Below are positions 46,708-56,798 of a stretch of DNA of 64,000 bases, piece by piece. This DNA is from Candidatus Kapaibacterium sp. (GTDB lineage Bacteria; Bacteroidota; Ignavibacteria; Kapaibacteriales; NICIL-2): assembly GCA_026003495.1 (NCBI GenBank), contig BPHK01000001.1, positions 1,705,703-1,769,702 of the forward strand, read 5' to 3'. Position 1 is the stretch's first letter; every line of letters starts with the position of its first letter. The notes beneath the pieces were generated by a model. The model saw nothing but the letters and a program-made list of their open reading frames with translations. It was not told the DNA's origin and did no database searches. Both the position numbers and the translations under genes were made by a program.

Positions 46708-46715
46708 TGCTCGGC

Positions 46716-47360
46716 TCAGCTGGTGGAATCTGTGATTGGCTCGAGAAGACTCGGATCATCGTTAGCAACGTTGCCAACACGAGGAGAAACCCGATGCCAC
46801 TGGAGTGGGATTGGCTCACCTGCAACAATACGTCGCAGCACGTCGTCGCCATCGTAGGTAGGTGAGAGCCATACCTCGTAGAGGGATCGTGGAACGATCA
46901 CCGGCATTCGAGTGTGGAGATGAGCAAGTGTGGGATCTGCTGCCCGCGTCAGGATTGCCGAGCGGAACACAAGCGTGCCAGATGCAGGATCGCGCTCGCG
47001 CACGAGAAGTCCTGCAAATCCCATCAAACCGGAATGTGTGCGGAGAAAGTACGGCTGCTTCGGTCCAACCCACTCGTAGAAGCCGCTTGCAGGAACGATG
47101 CATCGCCCATGCTCCAGAAGCCGACGAATGTGCGGTCGTCCGGCAGCAGTCTCACTGCGGATGTTGATGAGGAGACCGCCATCGGAACGGTGGAGCCCCC
47201 AGATGCTCGCCATCGCAACACGGACGTTCCCATCGCCCACGATGGTGAGGATTTCCTGCGAAGGAGCAATGTTATATCGGGCGATTGGACCTACGCCCGA
47301 TACACCGAATTCTTGCTCGATGTCGTTGCTCGAGGCAACAAGTGCAAAGCGACCGCACAT
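46716..47360 (-). CDS. SOS response-associated peptidase (SRAP/YedK family, abasic-site processing)
   Basis: The N-terminal MCGRF catalytic Cys2 motif, plus NIAPSQ and FYEW. Confidence 0.85.
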   Translation of the reverse strand: MCGRFALVASSNDIEQEFGVSGVGPIARYNIAPSQEILTIVGDGNVRVAMASIWGLHRSDGGLLINIRSETAAGRPHIRRLLEHGRCIVPASGFYEWVGPKQPYFLRTHSGLMGFAGLLVRERDPASGTLVFRSAILTRAADPTLAHLHTRMPVIVPRSLYEVWLSPTYDGDDVLRRIVAGEPIPLQWHRVSPRVGNVANDDPSLLEPITDSTS

Positions 47361-47391
47361 AGCTGTGCGCTGCGTTGGAGCGGTAGCAGCG

Positions 47392-47952
47392 CTATTCGTT
47401 CATGATTTCGTGTTCTTTCCGCGAGGCGATTTGGTCAATTTCCTTGATGAAGCGATCGGTCAGGCGCTGGACGTCTTCTTCCGCGCGCCGGCGATCATCT
47501 TCCGAGAAGCCTTCCTCTTTTTCAGCTTTCTTGAGCTGCTCGAGCGCATCGCGACGGACTTGCCGGACGGCAACTTTGGCTTCTTCTGCCATTTTCCAGC
47601 AGCTTTTGACTATTTCCTTGCGCCGCTCTTCGGTCAGTGGCGGTATCGGAATGCGGATTACGGCTCCATCGTTGGTTGGATTGAGCCCAAGATCGCTGGC
47701 TTTGATTGCTTTCTCGATTTCCGCAAGCATCGAGCGCTCCCACGGCTGGATGACGATCAAACGAGGCTCCGGAACAGAAATACTCCCGACTTGTTGGAGC
47801 GGGGTCGGTGTGCCGTAGTAGTTGACGCGAATCCCATCGAGCATTGCGACAGAGGCGCGACCCGTCCGAACGCGTGACAGTTGGTGCTGGAGATGCTCGA
47901 CTGCTTTACTCATCCGATGCTGTGCATCACTGAGGATTTGGGTAATCGGCAT
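47392..47952 (-). CDS. frr: ribosome recycling factor
   Basis: ...[26 protein letters not shown]...[10 protein letters not shown]... is canonical RRF. Confidence 0.95.
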   Translation of the reverse strand: MPITQILSDAQHRMSKAVEHLQHQLSRVRTGRASVAMLDGIRVNYYGTPTPLQQVGSISVPEPRLIVIQPWERSMLAEIEKAIKASDLGLNPTNDGAVIRIPIPPLTEERRKEIVKSCWKMAEEAKVAVRQVRRDALEQLKKAEKEEGFSEDDRRRAEEDVQRLTDRFIKEIDQIASRKEHEIMNE

Positions 47953-48048
47953 ATGCTATTCCCAACCAGAAAGTGGAACGTTACACTGCGCAAACAGCGT
48001 ACCGTGCAGACCCGTGGAGGGCAGATGTGCACTGCACGTTCGGTGCTA

Positions 48049-48056
48049 CAAAACTA
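48049..48056 (-). promoter_or_regulatory. possible internal -7 box (TAGTTTTG) upstream of frr
   Basis: Exact TAnnTTTG on the minus strand overlapping the pyrH TAG stop, 96 nt upstream of the frr ATG. Confidence 0.2.
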
Positions 48057-48794
48057 CTGCGATTGTTCTGCGGTAACGCCGTTAGTAACAACGGTTGCAA
48101 TCGGCTCACCGAGCAAAAGTCGGCGAAGATTGCCAGGCGTCTGTGCATCGAAGACCAAGATGGGCAAGTTATTTTCTTGGCAGAGCGTAATTGCGGTCAG
48201 ATCCATCACCTTCAAATCGCGTTCGAGGACCTCGCGATAGGTGAGACGGTCGAAGCGTCGCGCGGTGGGGACGCGTTCAGGATCGGCGTCGTAGATGCCA
48301 TCAACACGGGTGCCTTTGATGATGCACTCTGCTTCGATTTCGATTGCGCGTAAGGCAGCCGCAGTGTCGGTGGTGAAGTAGGGGCTGCCTGTGCCAGCGC
48401 CGAAGATCACAACGCGCCCTTTCTCCAAGTGCCGAATTGCCCTCCGACGGATGAATGGCTCGGCGATCTGTGCCATGTGGATTGCAGTCTGCAAGCGTGT
48501 TTGCAGTCCGAGCGCTTCGAGCGCGTTCTGTAACCCGAGCGCGTTGATCACCGTTGCGAGCATGCCCATGTAGTCGGCGGAGACTTTGTCAATACCTGCT
48601 GCTGCTGCTTGCGAACCCCGGAAGATATTGCCCCCGCCGATGACGATGCCAATCTGCACCCCAAGGGAGTGGACATCGGCAATATCGCGTGCAAACTGAC
48701 GCAGCATTGCCGGGTCAATGCCATAGCTCTGGCTCCCCATGAGAGATTCCCCACTCAGTTTGAGCAGAATGCGGCGGTACAGAGGGGTTGCCAT
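48054..48794 (-). CDS. pyrH: UMP kinase
   Basis: [11 protein letters not shown]...[10 protein letters not shown]...[12 protein letters not shown]... is canonical PyrH. Confidence 0.95.
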   Translation of the reverse strand: MATPLYRRILLKLSGESLMGSQSYGIDPAMLRQFARDIADVHSLGVQIGIVIGGGNIFRGSQAAAAGIDKVSADYMGMLATVINALGLQNALEALGLQTRLQTAIHMAQIAEPFIRRRAIRHLEKGRVVIFGAGTGSPYFTTDTAAALRAIEIEAECIIKGTRVDGIYDADPERVPTARRFDRLTYREVLERDLKVMDLTAITLCQENNLPILVFDAQTPGNLRRLLLGEPIATVVTNGVTAEQSQ

Positions 48795-48812
48795 CGGTCT
48801 GGCTGATCGTCG

Positions 48813-49649
48813 TTAGGCTGATTCACCGAGCGCGTAGCGACGGAACCGCACGACCGTGACCTCGCCACCGAGTGCGGCGAGCACATCGGCAACGGTTTTG
48901 CCGGCATCCTTGACGAAGGTCTGCTCCAGGAGGCACTGTTCTTGGAAGAACTTCTCCAGCCGATTTGCTGCGATGCGTTCGGCAATTTCTGGCTTTTTGC
49001 CTTCGCGGAGTGCTTGCTCGCGGCTGATTTCGAGTTCTTTAGCGATTGTCTCTTGAGGGACGTCCTCTCGCCGAACGTAGAGCGGGTTCATCGCTGCAAC
49101 TTGCATGGCGATGTCACGGAGCGTTTGATTGTCCGGCGAGAGCGTTGCATTGACGTCGAGCACAACTGCGAGCCGATTGCCAGCGTGATTGTAAGCAGCC
49201 AGCGTACCACTGGTTTCGAGATACTCCGCGCGGCGAAGCTCGATGCGTTCGTTGAATTTTGCCAGCACTTCATCGCGCATGTTCCCGAGCGTCTTATCGC
49301 CAAGCGAGTAGTTCCAGAGCATATCGCCTTCAGTAGCGCCTGTTGCGATGATTGCGTCGGCAACGGCGCGGGCAAAGGTGCCGAATTCTTCGTTTCGTGC
49401 AACAAAATCCGTCTCGCAGTTGACCTCGACGATTGCGGCACGTTTACCGTCTGGGGTAACAGTTGCATAGACGATACCTTCCTTGGCGACACGATCGGCG
49501 CGCTTGGCTGCCGATGCAGCACCTTTCTTGCGCAGATACTCGATGGCAGCTTGCATGTCGCCGCCGGATTCTTCGAGCGCTTTTTTGCAATCGCCCATCC
49601 CCGCGCCGGTTTTCTCGCGGAGTTGCTTGACAAGGTCGAGTGTAATCAT
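48813..49649 (-). CDS. tsf: translation elongation factor Ts
   Basis: ITLDLVKQLREKTGAGMGDCKKALEESGGDMQAAIEYLRKKG is the UBA-like N-terminus of EF-Ts. Confidence 0.95.
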   Translation of the reverse strand: MITLDLVKQLREKTGAGMGDCKKALEESGGDMQAAIEYLRKKGAASAAKRADRVAKEGIVYATVTPDGKRAAIVEVNCETDFVARNEEFGTFARAVADAIIATGATEGDMLWNYSLGDKTLGNMRDEVLAKFNERIELRRAEYLETSGTLAAYNHAGNRLAVVLDVNATLSPDNQTLRDIAMQVAAMNPLYVRREDVPQETIAKELEISREQALREGKKPEIAERIAANRLEKFFQEQCLLEQTFVKDAGKTVADVLAALGGEVTVVRFRRYALGESA

Positions 49650-49685
49650 TGCAGAGTGTGTGGAAGTGGTTCGACTAATTCGAGC

Positions 49686-50540
49686 CTATTCGTCGCCGGA
49701 AGATTCCGTTGATGGTGCGCTTGATTGCTTGGCTTCTGCCACAGGGCGCCGACCGCCACGCTGGCGCTGACGCAAGCGCCGACGCGCGACTGGCTCGGCT
49801 GGAGCTGCTTCCTGCTTGGCTTCGCGATCCCCTGCAGCGGCAAGATCTGCTGCACGCGTGCGGGCAATCTGCTTGCCTTCGAGCACTGCATCGGCGATGA
49901 CCGATGCCACAAGTTCGATGGTTTTTATCGAGTCGTCGTTGGCAGGTATTGGGTAGTCAACTTGGCTGGGATCGCTATTGGTATCAACGATCGCGATGAC
50001 CGGAATGCCCAGAATTTGCGCCTCCTTGACAGCGATGTCCTCCTTCTTGATGTCAACAACAAACAGCGCTCCGGGCAAGCGGGTCATGTCCTCGATTCCA
50101 CCGAAGACAAGCCGAAGGCGGTCCCGTTCCCGCGAGAGCAACAAGCGCTCTTTCTTGGTGAGTTTTTCGAAGGTGCCGTCGCTTTCCATCTTGTCAATCG
50201 TTGCAAGCCGCTTGATGCTGCGACGGATAGTCGAGAAATTGGTGAGCATACCGCCCAGCCAACGCTCGACGACGTAGGGCATGCCACAGCGCTGTGCAGC
50301 TGCCTTGATTGCTTCTTTTGCCTGCGGCTTTGTGCCGACAAAGAGGATGATTTTCCCCTCAGCAGCGATGTCGAGCGCTGCTTGCCTGGCAAGATCGAGC
50401 AGAACGACCGTCTTGCGGAGGTCAATGATATGGATGCCATCCCGTTCGCCGTAAATAAACGGGCGCATCTTCGGATTCCAGCGGCGCCGGAGATGACCAA
50501 AATGTGCGCCAGCTTCGAGGAGTTGTTCGATTGTAACCAT
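49686..50540 (-). CDS. rpsB: 30S ribosomal protein S2
   Basis: [24 protein letters not shown]..., with a charged C-terminal tail. Start ATG 50540, or ATG 50567 as in the ORF track. Confidence 0.95.
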   Translation of the reverse strand: MVTIEQLLEAGAHFGHLRRRWNPKMRPFIYGERDGIHIIDLRKTVVLLDLARQAALDIAAEGKIILFVGTKPQAKEAIKAAAQRCGMPYVVERWLGGMLTNFSTIRRSIKRLATIDKMESDGTFEKLTKKERLLLSRERDRLRLVFGGIEDMTRLPGALFVVDIKKEDIAVKEAQILGIPVIAIVDTNSDPSQVDYPIPANDDSIKTIELVASVIADAVLEGKQIARTRAADLAAAGDREAKQEAAPAEPVARRRLRQRQRGGRRPVAEAKQSSAPSTESSGDE

Positions 50541-50569
50541 AGCAGTGCAAACGTTGGTGTTGAACATCT

Positions 50570-50637
50570 GCTCTGGGAGGCATCACACGCCGGATTTCCG
50601 CTCCTTACGGGAGGCAGAAACACACCACACCCAGAGC
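50570..50637 (-). promoter_or_regulatory. structured 5' leader element upstream of rpsB
   Basis: An 8-bp closing helix (GCUCUGGG/CCCAGAGC) encloses about 50 nt. Inside are a CUCC-CGUAA-GGAG hairpin and two copies of GCCUCCC. The helix ends 2 nt before ATG 50567. Confidence 0.35.
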
Positions 50638-50657
50638 ATGGTAGCGGTACGCGCATA

Positions 50658-50674
50658 GCTGCCGCCGAGGCAGC
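50658..50674 (-). terminator. GC-rich hairpin just downstream of rpsI (possible terminator or attenuator, no U-tract)
   Basis: GCUGCC-UCGGC-GGCAGC (6-bp stem, 5-nt loop) beginning 9 nt after the rpsI TAA. Confidence 0.25.
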
Positions 50675-50682
50675 CACACGTG

Positions 50683-51069
50683 TTAGCGCTTGGAAAACTG
50701 GAAGCGCTTCCGTGCTTTCTTCTGTCCGTACTTTTTGCGTTCGACCATCCGAGGATCGCGGGTAAGCAGACCATGCTGCCGCAGCGTAGCCCGAAACGAC
50801 GCATCGTACTCCAACAGGGCGCGGGCGATGCCATGACTGACTGCTCCCGCTTGACCACTTTTGCCCCCGCCATCGGCAAGGACGTAGATGTCGAACTTCC
50901 CTTCCGTTCCAGTCACATGCAGCGGCTTGAGCGCTGTAATACGCGTCGTCACGACGGGGAAGTACTCCTCGAATGGTTGGCCATTGACCAGAATCTGACC
51001 GTTCCCTGGACGCAAGCGAACACGCGCGGTTGCTTCCTTGCGTCGCCCAGTGCCGTAGAAGTCTTTCAT
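50683..51069 (-). CDS. rpsI: 30S ribosomal protein S9
   Basis: ...[12 protein letters not shown]...[10 protein letters not shown]...[19 protein letters not shown] is canonical S9. Confidence 0.95.
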   Translation of the reverse strand: MKDFYGTGRRKEATARVRLRPGNGQILVNGQPFEEYFPVVTTRITALKPLHVTGTEGKFDIYVLADGGGKSGQAGAVSHGIARALLEYDASFRATLRQHGLLTRDPRMVERKKYGQKKARKRFQFSKR

Positions 51070-51097
51070 TGCGGCGTTACACTTCGACTAGTGAACA

Positions 51098-51550
51098 TTA
51101 CTGTTTCGGGAGCTCGTAGGGCTCGGGTTGTTGCGCTTGGTGGGGATGGTTTGGCCCTGCGTAGACTTTGAGCTTGAGCCGCATGCGCCGTCCGAGCCGA
51201 TTTTTCGGAAGCATGCCATAGACTGCATGCTCGATGACTTTGGCTGGATTTTGCGCCAGAAGGTCAGCAGCTTTTTCGAAGCGTGCTCCCCCTGGGTACC
51301 CCGTGTAGCGGAAATACTCCTTCTGCTCAGCGCGCTTTCCTTTGAGAACGACTTTCTCTGCGTTAACGACAATGACGTAGTCTCCGCAGTCAACATGCGG
51401 GGTAAACAGCGGCTTGTGCTTACCGCGAATGAGTGCAGCAACACGTGATGCCAGCCGTCCGAGCGTCTGTCCGGTTGCATCCACTACCCACCAGCGGTGC
51501 TCAACCTGGTCGGTGCGTACCGAGCGGGTGATTGTGTCTGTAGGCTTCAC
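51098..51550 (-). CDS. rplM: 50S ribosomal protein L13
   Basis: ...[46 protein letters not shown] is canonical L13. GTG start. Confidence 0.95.
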   Translation of the reverse strand: MKPTDTITRSVRTDQVEHRWWVVDATGQTLGRLASRVAALIRGKHKPLFTPHVDCGDYVIVVNAEKVVLKGKRAEQKEYFRYTGYPGGARFEKAADLLAQNPAKVIEHAVYGMLPKNRLGRRMRLKLKVYAGPNHPHQAQQPEPYELPKQ

Positions 51551-51592
51551 AGCAATTAACTCAAATGTGGTTCAGCTTTGATTTTGAGCTTG

Positions 51593-51600
51593 CAAAAATA
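51593..51600 (-). promoter_or_regulatory. putative FCB-type -7 promoter box (TATTTTTG) for rplM-rpsI(-rpsB...)
   Basis: The minus strand reads CGTATTTTTGCAA, with 42 nt between the box and the rplM GTG. The same 13-mer lies upstream of rpsF. Confidence 0.4.
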
Positions 51601-51621
51601 CGATGCCCCTGCGATTGGTTC

Positions 51622-52533
51622 TTACGCCCGCATGGAAAAGTACGTGTGCTTGAAAAATTCCTCCTGAAAAACATCGTCCCGAACCGCAGCGGCTCTGGCG
51701 GATTGGAGCTTTTCTTCCCAATCGTGCGCCCCCCAACGCATCAGCTCTGCAGCAGCAAGCTCGGCGGTCCGTCGTTGACGCTCGATAGCCTCCAGAAGCT
51801 GCGCCCGTCGAGCGGCAATCCACTTGGGATCTTCGAGCAGCGCCACAAACGAGAACGGCTCTTGCCGTTGCATTCGTGCTAACCGCCGCTGTTCGTAATC
51901 GAGGCGATAAAGGAGACGCCGGTGGGTTCGCGCAAGCGTTTCGAGCGTATCGCACGCTCCGACTCGATAGTGCGCCTCAATGCAGACAATGCCATAAACT
52001 GCACGGAGGCGTTCCAGATCGCCGCGCTCGTAGGCTTCTTGGACCACGCTCCAGTAGAGCGTAAAAAGCTTCGGGTCACCTTCGCGGTCGGGATGGAGTT
52101 TTTTGACCAGCTCTCTGTAGAGCTGCACGCACTGCCGCGTTCGTGTTGGCGGGTACTCGCTGCCCTCGACGGCCGGTGTTGCTGAAGTGCTGCCCTGCGG
52201 TGGCTCGCTGAACCGACGTGACTCACGCTCGACGTACTGGCAGATTCGCTCCAATAGCTGGGGAGTAATCGGTTCGCCCCGCCGAACGTATAGGCTCGCA
52301 AGCTCGCAAACTCGCTGAGCTTTCCACGCACGGAGCGTTTCTATCTGCAAGGCATGCTCCAGCTCTCCGAAGAGCGCCGCGTAGCGCTCCAGCAGTAGCG
52401 GGCGCTCCTGGCACGTCAGGATGAACCAGCGGTAGAGAAGCGCGCGAAGTTCTTCCACAACCGCTGCAATCGAAGCCCGGAGAAACTGCACCTGCGGATG
52501 GATTGTGATCGCTCGATCGGAGGTTTCTGGCAT
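51622..52533 (-). CDS. J-domain-containing protein (DnaJ-like, central J domain)
   Basis: LYRELVKKLHPDREGDPKLFTLYWSVVQEAYERGDLERL carries the HPD tripeptide and the helix II/III pattern of a J domain. The flanking helical regions are unrecognised. Confidence 0.55.
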   Translation of the reverse strand: MPETSDRAITIHPQVQFLRASIAAVVEELRALLYRWFILTCQERPLLLERYAALFGELEHALQIETLRAWKAQRVCELASLYVRRGEPITPQLLERICQYVERESRRFSEPPQGSTSATPAVEGSEYPPTRTRQCVQLYRELVKKLHPDREGDPKLFTLYWSVVQEAYERGDLERLRAVYGIVCIEAHYRVGACDTLETLARTHRRLLYRLDYEQRRLARMQRQEPFSFVALLEDPKWIAARRAQLLEAIERQRRTAELAAAELMRWGAHDWEEKLQSARAAAVRDDVFQEEFFKHTYFSMRA

Positions 52534-52571
52534 GCGCTGCGGTCAGATAATCGCACTCGACAGCTGTTGTA

Positions 52572-54512
52572 CTAACGAATCACGAGCAAACTTACTGCAG
52601 CTGTCACTGTTGGGCCATAAATCACAACGCGATAGGCTCCCGACGAGTATGGCGAGAGGTTCAACTCGATACGATGCACTCCGCGCTCAAGTTCACCACG
52701 AAAGAGTACCGATGCATCAGTTCGCGCGAGGCTTTCGAGTTCGATGTGGTAACCGCCTGCTTCAATTGCCGAAAACACCAGCGTTGCCGTCTGATTGGCT
52801 GGATTGGGTGCTATGAAGGCTTCGACGTGCTTAGTGAAGGTCGGAACACGCTGCTGCTGCGTGCGACAGAGCGTATCCACAACGATTTCTCCGTTTTCAA
52901 CTCGTTCGAGCACAAACGCCTCGACCGAGCGCTCCCACGTAATTCCCTCCGGCGCAAGCAAGCGTATTTCTTCCTGCGCGCGGGTAGATGTCAGCAGTTG
53001 GAGCAGCACCATTCCGACCGTATCTCTGCCACCGAACTGGAGCGGTACTTGCAGCGTGTCGTACATTCCTCGGCGAGGGTGATCTGCATAGAGCCTCCGA
53101 TCGCCGACCAGTGCCGCCGATGGTGGCAGCACAATCCGACACCGCGCCAGAAACTGACCCTGCTCAAACAGAGGGACAACGTACTGCCGATCGAGCAGGA
53201 TGGGCAGAGAAACAGTATCGCCGACCGCACCTCGGCAAGAGCCTATCCGTAAACCGAATGGATAGCGCACGACTACCATGACACTCTCAGAAGCAACTGG
53301 TGTTCGCTCGAACGTCCAGAAGCTGAGCTTCCCGCTTGCCGTCGCGATAAAGACGGTATCGTTGAATGGATGTGCGCCAATTGCAACGATGGCATCGCCT
53401 ATCTGGAGTGGCGGATGGACCTGCTCTCCACCGCCAATACTCCACTGGCAAAGCACGCCGGTAGCACTACCACCGAACAAGCGGCTTCCATCTCAGCTGA
53501 ATGCAAGCGCCTGCGGAGTTGAACCAAGCTCACCGAAGACGCGTTCTGCGTACCAATTGGCGTAGTCCCACAGGCGAACAGTGCCATCGAGACCTGCTGA
53601 GGCAAGGTACTTGCCACGCGGTGAAAATGCAAGTGCGGTCACTGCATATGCCTTGCTGAGATTATCCGCATGCCGAAGCCAAATTCGGTTGGTGCTGCTG
53701 CCCAGCGTTTCCCACGGCTCAACGATAATGACGCCATCTGCGCCGCTATGCGCGAGAAGCTTTCCATCCGGGTGGAACGCAATTGCTGTCACCGCGCCGA
53801 GCGCTTGCGAGAGCACACTGCCGAGCATCCGACGTTCTGCAACGTTCCAGAGGCGAAGAGTTCCATCGGCATACCCAGCTGCGACAAGAGGAAGGCGCGG
53901 ATGCACAACCAGTGCGGTGAACGCAGCAGAATGCTCTCCACCCAATGCTCCGCCCACTTCACCTCTGACGGTGGAAACCACTACCAACCGACCACCGATT
54001 GCCACCAAAGCCGAATCTCGAGCACCAGGATACGGACACATCAGAGCGGAGCTATCGAGACCGAGGATGTAGCCGCCCCGTGCCGAAAGCAACGCACCTT
54101 CGATTCGGCAGAGAATCCCCCTCCGTGAGAGAGCAACCACACCGGTACTCTGCCCAGACCACCATGCAGACCGAACCGAATCCGGAAGCTCATACTCAGC
54201 AATCACACGTGGAGCAGCCGTTGCCATTAGCTGCACCTGGATAAGCACACCCACAGTATCGAGCAATGGTACTTGCCACTCGAAGCTCCGGGTTGGCAGC
54301 GCAGATGCAATCGGTATCCACGTTGCCCCATGATCGGTCGAATAGCGCAGATCCACAGGCAAGGCGGTTGGGTTGTCCCATTCAATTCGAACAACTCGCG
54401 TAGGGTAAAGAACCTGCCCCTGGCTCGGCGAAAGCAAGCGAACCTGTCCAGTGACCGACGCTACAAGGAGCAGTGCGACAACTGGAATCAGCAAAGCTTT
54501 CGGTGCACGCAT
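52572..54512 (-). pseudogene. signal peptide + WD40 beta-propeller + T9SS C-terminal domain protein, interrupted by one in-frame TGA (53493..53495)
   Basis: Track ORFs 53493..54527 and 52572..53480 are in the same frame, 4 sense codons apart. Read-through gives ...PQALAFS-TGA-DGSRLFGGSATGVLCQWSI, a WD40 blade comparable to AFHPDGKLLAHSGADG and AFSPRGKYLASAGLDGTVRLWD upstream. The signal peptide (MRAPKALLIPVVALLLVASVTG) is only in the first part and the T9SS-like CTD only in the second. Confidence 0.6.
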
Positions 54513-54563
54513 TGTTGGACCTTCCAATGGCGTGGTTATCGTCCATTTGGGAGAAAACTTGTT

Positions 54564-56663
54564 TCACGACGAACGCCTTGCGATACGGGCAGCAAGGATC
54601 ATTTCCGCTGCAGCAGCAAGGAGCGCCCCACCGAGCAACCACGGCCAAAGCTCCGCGTGCTGACGCTGACGGGCTACGAGTTCTCCAAGCGGAGTATCAG
54701 GCTCGGCGATCTCGATGTCCTCCTTCCCCACCACGGTCGAGATATACGCAGCCACGCGGTTGGCATCAGCAAAGTGAAGGAGGGCTTCTTCCGCTGGTAT
54801 GTTCACAGCAGCGGCTGCGACAGCGTCGCGCTGAGCGACAGATTCGATGGTAAAGACGCCTGGGACAAGCGGCCGCCCAAGATCAACCACGCTGCGCCCG
54901 GCAATGCGGAGCGGCTCCACAGCACTGGTAGCCCCCGATGGATCATGCAGACGGAATGCACTCTCACCAGCAAATCGCGATGGGATCTCCAACTGACACC
55001 GGTCGCCAACGGTGACGCTAACGCCAATTGTCCCCTGCGCCGCTAGATAGAGCACTGCTCTCCCCACCAGGACGGGGAACAGCCCAGTTGTCGGGAATGC
55101 GCTCCACTCCAGCGTGGGCGGGAGAGCGCAGTAGAGAATCCGACCACTACCGAGGGTATGCTCGCTTAGGAACGCACCACGTTCCATGCTAATGAGTGCC
55201 ACTCCCCCTGTGCTCGGCAACGCCTGCCTAATTCCTGGTGATTCCACCTGAGCGAGCGCTGCAGGTCCTTCCTCTCTGCGAAAGACCCCTGCAAAGAGCG
55301 GATGCTGCTCATCGAGACTGCGAAGCTCCCACACTCCGCTCTCCTTGCGCGGGAGCTGTTCGAGAAAGCCGATGCCAAGGGCACGCGCCATACGCTGTTG
55401 CTCTTCAATTGGCGTGCCCGCATCGGCAAAAATGAGCGCATTGACGCGTCCGGCAGCAAGCGATGCACGGATCTGCTCGACTGCGCTCGGCCCAGGTGTC
55501 GTCGTGAAAACTGCGACATCGTAGCCATCGAGCTGGACGCCCCCGAGTCGCTCCGGCGTGACATGTTCGACAATCGGAGATTGCCGTTCCCCGAGCGCAG
55601 AGAGAACTGCCTCGACGTACATCGCCGATTTGGGTGTCCCGACCACAACAATCCGTGGCATGTGAGGAACGATACACGCAGCGTAGCGCACGTTGTTACT
55701 CTCGCACGCATCAGGTTCGAGCTCTACCTGCGCCGCAACTGCACCGCCTGGTGGCGCCGGAGCGACGAGCGCGAGTGTCCGTACTTGCCCGGCAGGCAGA
55801 TCGAACGCACGCTGTGCGACTTGATCGCTGCCAAAGCGCAAGCGGACAACGCTGCCACGTGCATCGCTGCTTGCGTTGTTGCGAATCCGGACAGCGAACT
55901 CAATCGGCTTACCCGGTTCAATCAGTCGAGTAACAATTCCGACGGAATCAATTCCCAAATCGAACTGCCCGAGGTTTGAGCCAGACGATGCAGGAACGAT
56001 GATCACGCGTTCGACCGGCATTATCTGCTTGAGCGAGTCCTCCCTGAGCGTAAGCATGCTCGTTTGAAAGTCACTGATGACGTACAGCTCGCGATGCGCA
56101 TTCTGCGCTGTTGCCAGGACACTCCGCGCCGCATCGAGCAAATCCCGGAGCGAAACGCCCCCATATGCCAGCGGAAGAGATGACAGCTCTTCCCGCACAG
56201 CACCGAGTGCCGTAGTAAAGCCAAGGGACTTGGACTGCAGCAACCCACTCGACGTGATGAGCGCAACTTCATCGCCGCTCTTGAGCGAGGACAGAATCTG
56301 CTCTGCTTGGCGAATCGCCCATTGGAAGCGATTGCCTCGCTCGTCTTGCGTATCCATGCTCGGTGAGTTGTCAAGCACAATCACAACGCTGCTGCGCACC
56401 TGCCCGCCGAGGACCGGAAGTGAGGTCCGCACTACCGGACGCGCAAACGCAAGCACTGCCAGCACGACAAGGAGCGTTCGAAGCACCAGAAGCAACCATT
56501 GCTGGAGCTTCAACCGTCGAACCTGCGTCCGCTCGATTTGCTGCAGAAAGCGGAGCGTACTGAACTCGATCGTTCGAAGCTTGCGGAGATTGAGCAGGTG
56601 CAAGAGGATCGGTATGGCTGCTGCGACCAGCCCAAGGAGCATCAAGGGATTGAAGAACTGCAT
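54564..56663 (-). CDS. BatA-like N-terminal double-transmembrane / VWA domain protein
   Basis: MQFFNPLMLLGLVAAAIPILLHLLNLRK...RRLKLQQWLLLVLR is the typical N-terminal double-TM (aerotolerance BatA-type) segment. A MIDAS motif follows (VLDNSPSMD), and a C-terminal helix is present. Confidence 0.7.
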   Translation of the reverse strand: MQFFNPLMLLGLVAAAIPILLHLLNLRKLRTIEFSTLRFLQQIERTQVRRLKLQQWLLLVLRTLLVVLAVLAFARPVVRTSLPVLGGQVRSSVVIVLDNSPSMDTQDERGNRFQWAIRQAEQILSSLKSGDEVALITSSGLLQSKSLGFTTALGAVREELSSLPLAYGGVSLRDLLDAARSVLATAQNAHRELYVISDFQTSMLTLREDSLKQIMPVERVIIVPASSGSNLGQFDLGIDSVGIVTRLIEPGKPIEFAVRIRNNASSDARGSVVRLRFGSDQVAQRAFDLPAGQVRTLALVAPAPPGGAVAAQVELEPDACESNNVRYAACIVPHMPRIVVVGTPKSAMYVEAVLSALGERQSPIVEHVTPERLGGVQLDGYDVAVFTTTPGPSAVEQIRASLAAGRVNALIFADAGTPIEEQQRMARALGIGFLEQLPRKESGVWELRSLDEQHPLFAGVFRREEGPAALAQVESPGIRQALPSTGGVALISMERGAFLSEHTLGSGRILYCALPPTLEWSAFPTTGLFPVLVGRAVLYLAAQGTIGVSVTVGDRCQLEIPSRFAGESAFRLHDPSGATSAVEPLRIAGRSVVDLGRPLVPGVFTIESVAQRDAVAAAAVNIPAEEALLHFADANRVAAYISTVVGKEDIEIAEPDTPLGELVARQRQHAELWPWLLGGALLAAAAEMILAARIARRSS

Positions 56664-56798
56664 TGCGCTGCGTTCATCGGACGATCATCGTTTCGGGCGC
56701 ACAAACGGACGATGTCCCCCTTTCGTGTTCAAACTGTGGACGAATCGCTATGCTAATCCGTCGTAGTTTCGCACCAGTTGGTTTCCCTTGCGATGGCG

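Noticed and set aside
53440-53492. Selenocysteine insertion (SECIS) explanation for the in-frame TGA in the WD40 gene.
   Set aside because: The 50 nt downstream of the TGA form only weak 4-5-bp stems (GCCG...CGGU; GGUAG-UG-CUACC with a 2-nt loop), nothing like a bacterial SECIS hairpin. A Sec residue in a WD40 surface turn also has no functional rationale.
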